Source of the DNA: Octopus vulgaris
Lineage: Eukaryota
Reading direction: 5' to 3'
Assembly: GCA_951406725.2 (NCBI GenBank)
Contig: OX597818.1
Location: 76,694,001 to 76,758,000 of the forward strand
Length of the DNA stretch: 64,000 nt
Below the pieces are notes generated by a model. The model did not search any database, was not told the DNA's origin, and worked only from the letters and a program-made list of their open reading frames with translations. Below, piece after piece: positions 40,839-54,802 of the stretch (within the stretch, counting starts at the first letter, position 1; the number at the start of each line of letters is the position of its first letter). Position numbers and translations under genes: made by a program.

Positions 40839-41663
40839 TGACACATTGGGCAACCAAAGCCTTGTGAGTAGATTTGGTTGGCAGAAACTGAAGGGAGCCC
40901 ATCACACACACACACACAAATATGTATATGTGTGTTTGTGTAACTTTGTTTTGACATCATCTGATAGCTGTAAAACAAGTACTACCATCATACAAGCAAT
41001 GTTTGTTTTCAGTCTTCCATGAAAAGCATCTCTTACCGTGAGGAAACATTACCTTACTTGGAAGCAGGTGAGAGTTGGCAATAAGAAGAGCATTCAGACA
41101 TGAAATATCTGCCTCACAGAATTCTATCTAACCCCTGCAAGCATGAAAAAGTGGACATTAGATTATGATGATGGTGGTGTGGTGGTAAAAAAGAAAAGGA
41201 ATCTCTGTGTTTTGTTTTCAAATATACTTCCAATTAGATAAAAGCAATAAGAAAAAAAAGACCAGATGATGGGAAAATGTTTTGTGTGTGTGTGTGTGTG
41301 TATAAAGACCTGAATTTAATCATGGCAGCAAATATTTCTGATGACATCATCTAACATTTGTCTTTCCACATTGGCTTGGATTGACTGGGTCAACCAGATC
41401 TGATGAACCAGTGTTGAGCTCTATCAGATTTGGCATGATTTCTACAGTTTTGCATTATGATAAAACGTATTTTACAAATATTCATTAACAGGAAAGTAAA
41501 ATTTGGTATGTTTATGTCCCTATAACTTAGCCATTCATCAAAAAAGACTGATAGAATAAGTACTAGGCTTTAAAAATGTCATGGGGTCGACTTGTTTGAC
41601 TAAAAACCTTTCAAGGTGGTGCTCCAGCATGGCTGCAGTCAAATGACTGGAAGAACTAAAAGA

Positions 41664-41690
<27 letters not shown>

Positions 41691-41696
<6 letters not shown>

Positions 41697-42128
41697 AATG
41701 AGATAGGGGTTGAAAATTCAACCCACCATGGGATAATATATATCCAATATACTGCCAGATATATTTTTATATTTATATGTATATGGTTATATAATATTTT
41801 TCACAATTATAACAAATTTAATTTAATTCTCTGAAGAGGCCGTGGGGCATCCTTGTTAATGCCTCATTTATACCTGCCTTTATGGCTTAGAGGTTAAATG
41901 AGGTATGACTGCCCTCACTGCCGAAACAGCTGTCAGTTTTGATTTAATTGCATATTATATTTGAAATTTTTTACTTATATCTCTTTATCTTTTTACTATT
42001 ACTGTATATCTCATTTTGTATAATGCCTTTACTCATATGTAATGGTGTATTAAAGTATGGATTGGGTATCATCGGATAGTTGATGTTTTATTGATTTAAG
42101 TATGTTTCTCCATTCTCTAATTTTGTAG
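41691..42128 (+). mobile_element. Non-coding Penelope-pLTR-like insert in (TA)n with hammerhead and 5' inverted segment
   Basis: (TA)n on both sides. Start ttataaaatgagata is an inverted copy of tatctcattttgtataa (~42007-42023). Contains the hammerhead at 41829-41936. Confidence 0.6.
41829..41936 (+). ncRNA. Type I hammerhead ribozyme motif with greatly extended stem II
   Basis: CUGAAGA (41831-41837), GGC...GCC, GAAA (41923-41926), palindromic ACAGCUGU stem III, GUC cleavage triplet (41932-41934). Stem II is extended by GUGGGGCA/UGCCCUCAC, AUGCCUCAUUUA/UAAAUGAGGUAU and ACCU/AGGU. Stem I is weak (CU/AG plus partial pairs). Confidence 0.72.
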
Positions 42129-42558
42129 TATATATATATATATATACTGAGAGAGAGGGGAGAGAAACATAGGAAGAGAGAGGTGTATGTATATGGGTGT
42201 AAGCATTGCTGTGTGGTTGAGAAATTTACTTCCCAGCCATATGGTTTCAGGTTCAGTCCCACTGGGCAAGTCCCATCAAGGGCAAGTAACTTCTACTATA
42301 ACCCTGGGCCAGCCAAACCCTTGTTAGTGAATTTGGTGGATAGAAAATGAAAGAATCTTGTTGTATGTATGGTATGTATGTATGTAGAAGTGTGTACATG
42401 CAAATGTGTGTGTGTGTGTTTGTTTACTCTCTGAAAGTTGTGGCTATAAGCAATGTTATTGTCAATTCTGTCAACAGACCATCCATTCACTTTGCATCTT
42501 CCATTTCCCAAATGAAATACTCCAAGGATCCATCTATTCTTTTTAGCTTATGTATATA

Positions 42559-42900
42559 GGTGCTGGCGTGGCTGTATGGTAAGAAGCTTGCTTCCCAACT
42601 ACATGGTTCTGGGTCCAGTCCCACTTTGTGACACCTTCAGCAAGTGTCTTCTACTATAGCCTCAGACCAACCAAAGCCTTGTGAGTGGATTTGGTAGACT
42701 GAAACTGAAAGAAGCCAGTTGTGTATGTGTGTGTGTCTTTGGGTTTGCCTCCTCACCACTGCTTCACAACCAGTAACTTAGGAGTTCAGTGAAGGAGAAT
42801 AAGTACTAGGCTTAAAAAATAAAAGTCCTGGAGTCTATTTGTTCAACTAAAATGCTTGCATAGCTGCAGTCAAATAACTGAAAGAAGTAAAAAATAAAAG
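42559..42900 (+). mobile_element. tRNA-derived SINE family A, full length
   Basis: A-box-like ggcgtggctgtatggtaag, B-box-like gggtccagtccc, caagtgtcttctactatagcc core, (TG)n spacer, tail gctgcagtcaaataactgaaagaagtaaaaaataaaag. Many relatives across the window. Confidence 0.8.
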
Positions 42901-43254
42901 ATATAGCATCTTCCATCTCTACAAAATATACAGCTCCATACACAGACAATTATCCGTTTCCATCATTCTCATACTTAGCTTCACAACAGCTCTTGCTTCA
43001 TGCTTCACACCCATCATCTAAAAACCCCAAATTCTGAACTCTAAGCTGAAAGCCATATCTTCTGAATAAACCATTGTTACAAGAGCTGCTTATCTACAAA
43101 AACAGTAATGCCCCTTACAAATTTTAATACAGCACCAGCAATAGTTGCTGACGAAATATATCTCTTTTAAATTGATCAATGGATTATATCTGAAACTTTC
43201 TTTATCACAGCAATTTAATCAATTTTAGAAGTTATTAATCACTGAATCAACTAG

Positions 43255-43550
43255 ACTAAGTAGCTACACCAGACAAATTTGACATTCCAGTAAAACTCTT
43301 TTTCAATTATGGTAAGAAGTTTAAGTTATGGATTAAGGAATTCGAGTGACTGTGATTCTCAGAGTTAATCCTAACAAATTAGAACTTTTGTTCATAGCCA
43401 TCAGACATGATTACACAACTTTTGATAATGATTTAAACTAGCTAGAAGTAACTTATGTGAAACCAGCCAATGAAATATATGTTGGGTATCTTCTGTCAAT
43501 GCAATTTCAAAAATTTGATGGCAACTGATCAATTTCTACCAGATTAAATC
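43255..43550 (+). mobile_element. Decayed Gypsy-type LTR retrotransposon gag fragment
   Basis: Translates in pieces as PDKFDIP...KKFKLWIKEFE, PNKLELL, LEVTYVKPANEIYVGYLLSMQFQ and DQFL. Resembles the invertebrate Gypsy gag pattern PERFD...WKHW..TFE / YVKP.NEIYARHLL..R.Q...DQFL as recalled. Confidence 0.55.
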
Positions 43551-43871
43551 AAAACATGATACCAACTGGTGTCATATTTTAATTAAATGTAAATATTATC
43601 TAATATCCATTAACTTCTTGGGTTATTTAATTTCACACAGATAATTAAGTCTCAATCCCAAATGTCTTTGGCTACTTTGAAAGTTATCTATACTTCAAAA
43701 TAGTAAAGAATTACAGTGGACATGTGAATTTGCTATGTTGTACACCAAATAGAAACCTTCATATGGTTTGAAAATTAGTTTGTTGGTTCATGTTTCCTTC
43801 TATCTGAGGTTGCTGTAAATGTATTCTATGAAACATGATATTAAACAGGTAACACTGGGTATTATTAATTA

Positions 43872-44262
43872 CTAGCTTAAAAGCCACACTTTGTGCATAC
43901 CTTTAAGCTAGTTCCTGCAGAGGGCTAATTGGGCCTGTGGCCCAAAACTATAAAGGGCAAAATAATAAAGCATTTATTGGTACCCTAACAATATAGTATT
44001 ATTTAAAATTCAGTTTAAATGAAAAACTTGTAAGTTCACAAATTTTTGGAGTTCTTTTAAAATTTGAATTTTCAGTTGTTAGCATATAACAAATCCTCAT
44101 CCAGACCTGATCACAACGTTGAATGTTCAAGAATCACATGAAGGGCATTACTTCAATCCCAAGTATAAAAAGGTATAATATGTCTATGAAGAACAAATGT
44201 CGACTGAGATACAGGGTTCCCAGGCAGACAGACAGATAGAATCTCGCGTTTATTATTGTAGA
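43872..44262 (-). mobile_element. Probable non-autonomous Helitron-like element
   Basis: Minus strand starts A|TCTACAATAATAAACGCG...TGTCTGTCTG and ends with a small hairpin (gcac aaa gtgt) then GCTAG|T. No TSD. Confidence 0.45.
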
Positions 44263-45019
44263 TCAATTACGATTTAGTTTCTACCATCAGAACAGAATCA
44301 GTATCATCATCATTGTCATAACATTCAATTTTTCCACACTCACAGGTGTCAGGTGGAATTTAAGGCAGATTTTTGTATAGCAGATGCCCTTCCCGTCACT
44401 AGTCCTCGCCTGTGTCTGTGCAAAGTAATATTTTCCCTCAACTAGAAATCTTTTCCACTTGAAACAAACAACATTGCATAAATGACAATGATGCTTGCGT
44501 ACACCATCACATAATGTCAAAACAGTACACACACATATATATGAGTCAGGCTTCCTTCAGTTTCCACCTACCATATACACTCCAAATATTTTTATCAATC
44601 TGGGACTATAGTAGAAGACACTTGCCCAAGGTGCCATGCAGTGGGACTGAATTCAACGCTTGCCCAACATACCACAGAATGGGACTGACTCTAAAACTAC
44701 ATACTTAGGGAACATGCCTCTCAATAATGCAGCCATACCATCTAATGAAATTATTAACTACTATAGTATCACAATATGGTAGACTTGTGACATTTTTTTT
44801 TTTCAAGCTCCTTAAATAATTCTCAAAAATCCTCTTACTACATTGTCAAAAAAGAAGCTTATGCTGTTATAGAAACTGAGAAAATAGAAACATTTCCTCA
44901 GAAAACAGATTACAGATCCATTTCACATTTGACTATAAAAAACAATGGCAAGAAAAATATAATACTGTTTCAAAAAATTGAATTCTCTCTCTCTCTCTCT
45001 CCCTCTCTCTCTCTCCCTC

Positions 45020-45071
<52 letters not shown>

Positions 45072-47069
45072 GCTGTTGATTTGGCTCTGAGAATTTTTCA
45101 TTTGATTGTCTGTCTTGTGCTGCTCCTTCTTTAGAGTTAAAACATAATACCTTATTTCAGTGTAAGGATTTTTAGGATTGACAAAGAAACCAATTACCAT
45201 GTTTAACAACATTTAGATGGTTTAACATTTTTTAAACTTGTCCAGCATCATTGTGAAGAAAGAAGAATTGTATGGATGCAGGATCTCTTTTGTCTCTGCA
45301 TTAATAATGATGGCAGAAAAGGGCCAAAACTTTTCTTTGATATTTTTTTTGGTGGGGGGGGGGTATATTTTCGATTGAAGAACTGCAGTCTTTATACATT
45401 AATATTAGAATTTTTCATTTTATATGAGTCTGTAAGCCATTGTAGTCTGTAGAAGATATATGGTGAGTTGGTACCGTGTTTACAATATCTTCTCCAAGTC
45501 AATGAGAGGACTTTTACATGAATGGTTGATTTCTTACAATTAGATCCCAATTTCCCTTAAATGACATGTTGCTCAAAAAAAAAATCTAACCATTGATTAA
45601 TATGGACATGGGTTCACTGTGAAAGGGAAATAGATGGTGATGCTTATAACTGCCTTTGATCATAGCTGATTTAGGGGGTTAAGCAACAATAATAACAGCA
45701 TTAACAATTTTCCAAGTGACAATTAAATATAACAATACCAAGTGACATTAAATATAATCAACCATCATTAAACAAAATGCAAACAAGTGTATTTCATCAA
45801 CAAAAGAATACAAATTGAGAATATTAAACTGATATAAATTAAGCAATATGTATTCTATGTACAACTAGCTGTGAGAGAAAGAAAACTGTAAGCATATTTT
45901 TTCTCTGTTTTTGATGTGTGGAAAAAGAGAAGTGGGTCACTCAGTGGATTGTTTAATAGACCATTTCTTAGAGATAACATCCAGTTTCCTTCTGCGATCA
46001 ATAGCATAGAATATTTAAAGTTTCATGAATTGGGCTATCACAGTTGTGGATAACTTGATTTGCATATTTGTGTCATGTCATAACCCTCAACTCTATCATC
46101 ATTTTTACCAAATGCTATTTTTAGTGTTCAATAGTACAAGGTAACTGATTTAACCCTGTGAAATATCAATAAAATCTAAACTTCTGAACACACTAAATAC
46201 ATTTTACATTGTTATTGTTGGCACATTGTAGCAAATGTCTTAAAATATGTAGAATCACAACTTCTGTCTAGTTCTAGATTTAGTCATTATAACACTAATA
46301 TAACTCTAATTATTTGTTATCTCTAAAGTTGTGTGTTTTAATTAACTCTCTTTTATCTTTAGGACTGATTTAGCTATGGAGTGAGAAATATTTCATTTTG
46401 AGACAAAGCATGAATATATTCTTTTATTGTTGGAAGTTCAGCATAATTATGAGATTATATTGTAAAAACTTAGTTAATGCTGTTGGTGCTAGGAGGTGGA
46501 CACGGTGCAGAGTTTTGGGGTTGTGTAGGGATTTGGATGATATAGGTTGGGATGGTAAGAATGGTGTAGGTGTTGGAGGTGATGTTGGGGTTGGGATGGT
46601 GTAGGAGGTGGGAGTGGTATAGGGTTTGGATGTGATTTGGAGGTGGTGCTGGGTTGGCATATGGGGTAAGGTTTGGAGTGGTGTAGGATCTGGGTGTGAT
46701 ATAGGGGTAGAGAAGCAGAGAACAGGGGGCAGTAAATTTAGCCAAAGTTAGAAGGGGAAGAAACTGTTGCATTTGGTAGTAACAGACAGTTTTTTGGGGG
46801 AATCATTTTGTTGATTTTTTTTTTCTCTCTCTTTGGCAGACTATTTGAAGTGTATATAAGAAGTATGAAGCTGTGCGATAGAGAGACATGGGTGTTGAAT
46901 ATGGTAGATCAATGAAGACTGAAAGCAGGGGAGAAATGAAGCATACACAATATATTAGCTTGTAATGTTAACTGGTATAAATTAATGTAAATCAGAAGTA
47001 GGCAGAGACAAGCTGGTTGTTATTATTAAAGGTGCCATCACAGACATGTATGGATAACGAGTGCTGCTA

Positions 47070-47245
47070 TTACTTAAAGGGTCCCCAAGGTAGAGGAAGA
47101 CCAAGGAAAACATGGTAATAAGTAATGAGGGCAATTCTCAGTGTTGGTCCTCTTAAGAAAATATGACAAAAAGAAAAAAAAAATAAGACAATTGGTTCCA
47201 AACCTATCCAACCTGTGCCATCATGGAAAATTGCGTATTAAAACA
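47070..47245 (+). mobile_element. Decayed RTE LINE 3' end
   Basis: KGPQGRGRPRKTW motif followed by the tail ccaacctgtgccatcatggaaaa...ttaaaa. Confidence 0.55.
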
Positions 47246-48768
47246 GTGGTGGTAGTAGTGACAATGGTGGTGGTGGTAGTAACAGTGGTAGTGGTAGTTA
47301 CAATAGCGGTGGTGGTGACGATGGTAGTAATGAATTTGATATTTTTGATTTTAAATGATTGTAGCTTCCATTTTTCTCTGATAACTGCCAGAGTTTCTCA
47401 ATTTTCTAATTATGTACCTTGGTGGGTGGGTTTGGTTGCAACTGATAGTTTTATAAATAAAAGAAAAAGTTTTTATCATTCTAGATTATATGGAAAGTGA
47501 TTCATACAGCAGTAATAAATATCAAGGAAGATGTGTTTTGGATATATTTATTTGTTTTTCTTTTTTATTTTTCCATATTTTATATAAAAATGAAACAAAT
47601 CTTCTAGTATTAACCATGCTGTTTTATTAGGTTAGAAACATAATTTCTATTCTAAAACAGAATCAGAAAGAAAAGAAGTGATTAAGGAGGATGTTTAGAA
47701 AATATCGCATTCAATTTAGTCATCCTGGCTAGCTTCTAGATGTAAAAGTGGTACTGGTCTGTAATATCTCTCTCCATAATATGCTATTACTTGATGATAA
47801 ATCATTTTCATTCCTGAACATTGTAGAATAATAAAAAAAAAGCATGTGAATTTTATTTATATCATAAGGATAATGACAGAAATGGCTTTTTTGTTTTGTT
47901 TTAAGCCATGTAACTCCTCTATTGCAAGAACCATGTTCTTTCCTGACCCCCTCTTTCACACCTTAACTCCTCATCTCCTAGCATAAAGCCCACTCCTCTA
48001 CTGTAGCCCCACTCAGTCAAAGGGGATCTTAGCTCCACTTAGTCAAAGGGGATCTTAGTTGCATGATGATCTTACTAGTGCTGGTGCCATGGAAAAATTT
48101 ACCTGAGATACATTGTAAAGTGGTTGATGTTATGTTACAAAGAGCATCCAACAGTATAAGTAATGCCAAAACAGACACTGGAGCACAACGCTGCTCTTGT
48201 ACCCAATGCCAACCTGAAACAAGGATATTAAAAGATGATGATGTTAAGTGTGATATTTATGAATGGAGATACTATGAAGCATTATTTTTCATAAGATAAG
48301 CAAGTTGGTATGGCATTGTTCATTTTACGTCCTTTTTGTTTTTTATGCTGACTTAAAGCTACTTATTTGAGGTAGTATTTTTTTTGACCAGATGCCCTTC
48401 CTGTTCCCTACCATTACTTGTTTCTTAAGAAAGGAATTTCTTTTTCTTCCACTAAACTTTGATAGTGCAGAGCTACAAGTTATCATGTTCACCAGGAAAT
48501 GTAGGCACAGTTTTGCCATTTTTTGCTTGGACCTGTCTCTTGGAAAGAAGTTGAAATGATTTTGCACATGCACACACATGCATGCACAGATAATATATAA
48601 GCACAGACATAGTTGTGCGTTTAAAAAGTTTGATTCCTTATGTGATTTCTGGTTTAGTCCCACTGTATGGTACTTGACATACAAGTCTCCTGTAACCCTA
48701 GTTTGACCACAACCATAAGGGTATATTTGGTAAATGGAACCGGAAAGAACCATAGATGTATGTGTGTA

Positions 48769-48812
<44 letters not shown>

Positions 48813-49730
48813 TGTGTGTGTATGTATATATATATGCATGAGAGAGAGAGATGTATTAACTTGCTTCAAAACAAGTGAAGGTTGGCAACAGGAAGGGCAT
48901 TTGCCATAGAAAATCTGCCTCACTGAATTTCATCCAACTCATAGAAGTATGGAAAAGGGGACATTAAAGCAATGTGGTGATGGTGAGACACATACATTTA
49001 GTATTCACTGCCAGAAAAAAAAATGTATTCAATACCATAGTAGAGATAAACTATGTATTTTATTCTGGTTGAAGCAGTTTCTTGTTACGCAGTACCACCA
49101 GTGGCTCTTCAGACAAGTTATAAACATCACTATATATATACACACGTATGCATGCACATGTACATATATACATGCAAATATATAAACACATACATCATGT
49201 TTCCATAGGGTTTCCATATATCATTGTTTTGTGAGTAGGATTGATTGAAAAATATTCCAAATAGTTGAAGTAGAAAACAAAGATTATTTTACATGCTAAT
49301 TGTAATTAATCAAGATGTTCATTTGATATTTAGACAGGGTGAATGAAATATCTCTGGAAAATTACATGAGGTATCATATTAATATACAAGACTGTAAGCA
49401 CAGCTGCAGCAATATAAAATATATCTCTGTTAGCTAGATGTAGTTAGAAAAAAAAAAGAGGTAGTCAAAGGATACTTCTCTTGAAGAATTTTGGAATTAG
49501 CAATGTTAAAAAATTATTAAATTCTAATTAAAATACTCAGTATGGAATAGAAACTAGTTTGAGTTATTGGATTTAGAGAAACCTCACAAGGCTTTAATTT
49601 ATCTTAGACTGGTATAACTTTTTCATTTTTTTAAACATTATTTTTAAAATGTTTTATTTTCAGATTGATTTATATTTCATTGGTTGTCTTATGTTTACCT
49701 TCAAAATATAATAATGTTAATTAAAACTAA

Positions 49731-49934
<204 letters not shown>

Positions 49935-50591
49935 TAAGATGCTTTTTGAAATTTTTAAATCTTTATTGTACTCACTAATAACTTCATTTGCATGTGAGGG
50001 TGTATGCATATGTGCATGTATAGATGTATGTGTGTGCGTGTATATATACACGCACACACACACACACATATAAATTTAAAAACTAAACCTTTCTGGCATG
50101 AGATATTTCTTTTTAGTTTCTATTTCAACATTTAGAATACTTGTTTGTACAGATGTATGGATAGATGTGTGTTTCTTTTTGGGTTTTTTTCATCTAGATA
50201 TGTAATTTGGGTCAGACAAATTTCTCAGATTGATTTTTGCAACATAAATTCAATGATACCAGAATCCGAGGGACAAGATTTTCATATTTTATTATTACAT
50301 CATAATCACCTATAAAATAATCATGTGTATGTGTGCTTCTATAAAATGTATGTATACTTGCATGTTTTAGTGGACAGGTATGTGAGTGAGATTTTCTCTC
50401 CTCCAACCATTATTTCCATTTTTATTTTACTCTCTTTCTCTTTTTCTAATTCCTTCTTCTCTCATTCCTACTCCCATCCATCTTCAGTTCACCTTACCTG
50501 GTACAACTATGTCTTTCACTCTCCCCATCCTCTCTGTCATGCCTTCACTTTCTTCTGCCTCACTCCTTCCTACTATTATGCTTTAAGCAGG

Positions 50592-50632
<41 letters not shown>

Positions 50633-51559
50633 ATAAAATTATTATCTAAACAACCATGTGCCACAAAATCAAAGATGTCATATAGAGAGAATAAGCCTGG
50701 GGCAATAATAAGGCTTGAACATTATTTAACTAAGCATGAGTTAATTGGACATCAATTAATTAAATGTCACTTAGCTTTGGATTGAACTATTACCTGAAGA
50801 TAAATGACATATCTTTTGGTTGAAGACAGTAAAATAATAGAATTTATTGTTTGTCTGTGTAAACCAGTTGTATAGATAAGTCAGTGTTATAAAAGAAAAA
50901 GAAATTTTATTTGAGAGCAGAACTTTCAGTCAGGAGGAGTGATAGTGGACCATAACCCTTCACTGGGCCTCTGGGGAATGTCTTCAAACCAGTGATGTGA
51001 CCCAAATACTTGTGGACTTTACTAAATTACCCCAGGTGCCTTTAGTGGAATCCTCTCTGGTATATGTTCTGACAATAACACCTCCAAAGATAATTCTAGT
51101 GCTAAGCTGTATTGGTCCAAGCCTTTCCCTTGGATGCATGTCAGTGTCATGAAGAGGAGAAGCTTGCTCAGGGCTGCATATACAAGTGCAAATGCATGGT
51201 CAACATTGACCAATAGAGACCATCACACTGTGTTCCCCCACCACCACAAACACACACATACACATAAACATATGTAGATAGATATATCCCTTCTACTATA
51301 AGCACAAAGCCTGAAATTTTACAGGAGGTGGGGGCTGGTCAATTGCATCAACCCCAGTGCTCAACTGATCTTTTTTCATTGACTTTAAAAGGATGCAAGG
51401 CAAAGTTGAACTCAGCAGAATTTGAACTCAGGGCATTGAAACAAACAAAATACTGTGAAGCATTCTGCCTCGGTTGCAAATGATTCTACTAGATTGCTGC
51501 CTTTTAGATAGATAAATAGATATATCATATATCTAATCATTATATCCTACTTACTTGAA

Positions 51560-51693
51560 TGTATTATAAGAATGCCACAATACTCTAGTATTCATCTTGA
51601 GAGAACATCTCATATAGACATTTAGCACTAAATATCTATGTGAGATGTTCCCTTGAGATGAATACTACAGTATTACAGCATTCTTACAATATA
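51560..51693. repeat. Imperfect palindrome (~66-bp arms, 2-nt centre)
   Basis: tataagaatgc...tagtattcatcttgagagaacatctcatatagacatttag-ca-ctaaatatctatgtgagatgttcccttgagatgaatactac...gcattcttacaata. Confidence 0.85.
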
Positions 51694-52673
51694 TCTATGT
51701 TAAAAATATAATAATTTGCTACTTGGTAATAATACTTCTTCCATTGCTAATATCTTATATATAATTTTGTCATTTGTATTTCGAAATCATGATTCATCTA
51801 GATTCCATATCTTCACTTTTACATCCGAATGTGAATGCCCTCTCCTACATGTCACTTAACCATGATTGTAATTCTCCTGACCAATTTCTTTACTATTCTA
51901 TTCAACACAAAAGTTGCAAGGTAGCACTTTAGTTTCATATTGATAATATAAGGACTCTAGTAAAGAATAAATATTAAATTTATTGCCAATTTTCTCCTTC
52001 AAGTAAATTGTTATAAATTCACTTTAGTATAAAATTCCATGATCATAAGTGTCTGTTTGGTGTGTGTGAGTTGATATGTATATTAACACACACACATACA
52101 AAATGATTTTTCTTTCATTGTCTATTTATTCATAAACTATTTCTGCCAAAAAATCTTTGGAAAATTTTTGTATTTTTTTGTCATAAGTTATTTGAAAATT
52201 CTTGGCAGCCCTTGTATTTACTTTGAAATTTATATATCAAATGTTCTATATATATATATACACACACACACACATACAAGAGAGAAAAGTACTGAATACA
52301 TTTAATATATACTAAACTTTATTCATGTATTCCATATAGCGACAGAATGGAGCTTCGTCATTGAATAAATAAATAGATAAATAAATAAATATTTTTATGT
52401 ATTTATCCATATATGTATATATATTATATTATACTTATAAATTTCAGTGAGATTTCCTTAGTAATGTATTATTAATGAAATGATTTTCCAGCCAGGTCAT
52501 AGTTGTTCCATGTGATCAAACTTAAGATAAGACAGCACCAGACTTTATTGCATTCTTGTATTTACCAAAAATATTTTCAATATCAACATTATTGTTAGGG
52601 GAGTATTTTGACAGTGATATCTGTCTTGGACTAAATACCTTTGCAATATTCAGTCCATATATGCGTATGTGTG

Positions 52674-52705
<32 letters not shown>

Positions 52706-53717
52706 TCATCATCATCATTTAACATCTATATTCCATGCTGACATGGGTTGGACAGTTTAACCACAGCTAGCAAGCAAGAGAGCTGCTCCAGGTTCCACTC
52801 TGATTTGCTTAATTTCTATGGCTGGATGCTCTTCCTAATGCCAACCATTTTACAGTGTGTGCTGGGTGGTTTATATGTGGCACCAGCATGGGTGTTTTTA
52901 TGTGGCTCTGGCACAGGGCTCTTGAAGGTCAATCCTCTTCAGCAAGGGGAGTGGCATTAGCATTTTTGCTGTGGAGGATGGGTCTTCTCGAGTATATGTA
53001 TATGGTGAAAAACTAAAAAGATGAGGTAAAAACACAAGTAAATAGAATGCGTTAGGTTTACGCTCAGCAAAAATAGAAGGAAAAGTATTTTTAACATTTT
53101 TGAAAATTTGCTCCTCTACAGAAAGGAAAGACAAGATGAGGAAAATGGAGAGAGAAAAGAGCAACTGTGTCACAATTAGACAATCACTGCATACTGAAAA
53201 ATTATATCATTTGTTCATTTAATGCTTGCCTTTGCTTGTTTGCATGGGCTGGACACAACTGTTTGAAGCAGTATTTTATGGTTGGTTGCATTTCCTGTTA
53301 CCAACTAATATCTGGGGTTTTTTTAAGTAAAGGATAGTTTTTTTATTGGCTGTCTTTGACAGTATCTAGTCCTAATGTCAACAAGGAATGTAAACATCAT
53401 ATCACCATTTCACTCAAACAGTGACAAGCAAATCCATGAAAGTGCAACATTCATACACACATACACACACGCACAATGACTCTCCAGTTTCCACTTACCA
53501 ATTCCACTCAACTGGATATTAGTCACTCTGGGGTTATATAATAGGAGATATATGCACAAGTGGCTGCAACAAAATTTTTGTAGTGGAACACTATAATGAA
53601 CTGTCTACCTTGTATTGCATATAAATATATCAATAATATAAGAGGTGGTAATAGTGAACCGACAGCCTTATATGTTTACATATGTGTGTGGTGTGTGTGC
53701 ATACCTCTATCTATCTA

Positions 53718-54615
53718 TCTAGAATACATTAAAAGTCAGTTTGAATCTTGCTTGCTTGTAATGTTACTCAGCCAAACTGGTGCATAATGGGAAATTACTA
53801 TGAATTAGGTTTACCCTGAAATGTTAATATGAACGGAATGAAACAAGTTTCGTGTAAATTGGTAAACTGGTTTTTAGGATATTAGGGATTTTTGGGGTAT
53901 AAATACCCAAAACAGTGCATTACGGGAAAATGTTCCGAAAATAATCTAAATCCTGAAAGGGAGGAAACTCTTGTCTTTCTATTAGACAGTGAGTTGACAG
54001 CAAAAAAAGCATTTTTTTTTACAGTGAACATTTCTATGTCCACTTTTGTTAAACACAATATTTTTATCATTTAGAAATGTGATTTCAAAAATGTAAGTTG
54101 TTTGTACAGTAAGTATTTATATTTTAGCTTTCTTTAAAGACAATGTTTTTGTTTTTTCAAATTATTTTCAAGTGAATACCATTACAAAAATTTTTTTTGG
54201 CATATTTAAAAAATATTCTAAAGTGAAAATCACTTTTAAAATATAGTAAATATTTCGTAAAAGACCCGTTCTTAACCTCAGTGTGAAATAGTTTTTTGGG
54301 GGGTTTTTTCGAGTGCATTCAACGTATCTCACCGCCAAAGATTTGGCTGCTATTTCTAGCACGCTCTGCTACCATGTAACAGCTATTTGCAATAAAGGAC
54401 CCGAAACACCTGTTACGTGGTAGTAGGGCATGCAAGAAATAGCAGCAAATCTTTTCTTTTCTGGGGAAAGGAGCTGTTTACACATGATTTCAATGTCACA
54501 TTCGTTGAAAGCTTGCGAAATAACCTGGAAAAGAAAAAAAAAGCCCACGAAACAAAATCCTGTTGCTGGGAAGCTGAGAGTTTCCTGGTGACCCAACGGG
54601 TCACAGGTATTCTAG
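53718..54615 (+). mobile_element. Non-autonomous Helitron-like element (~900 bp)
   Basis: 3' end is a GC-rich hairpin GTGACCC-AAC-GGGTCAC (54588-54604) followed 7 nt later by CTAG|T. Proposed 5' end is A|TCTAGAATACATTAAAAG. Interior retains CpGs. The 3' end is firmer than the 5' end. Confidence 0.65.
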
Positions 54616-54755
54616 TATATATATCATCATCATCATTGTTTAACATCCATTTTCCATGCTAGCACGGGTTATATATATAAATGGAGTTAAATGCAAGTGT
54701 TATTCAAATTCTTATTTTTCCATGTTAATTGTAAGCAAGGGAAAAATACACACAT

Positions 54756-54802
<47 letters not shown>

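Noticed and set aside
42559-42640. tRNA gene
   Set aside because: A/B-box-like motifs belong to SINE heads; no full cloverleaf is evident and the sequence continues into SINE body.
49060-49120. Minus-strand CTGAAGA-GCCAC/GTGGT as a hammerhead
   Set aside because: The stem is not followed by GAAA.
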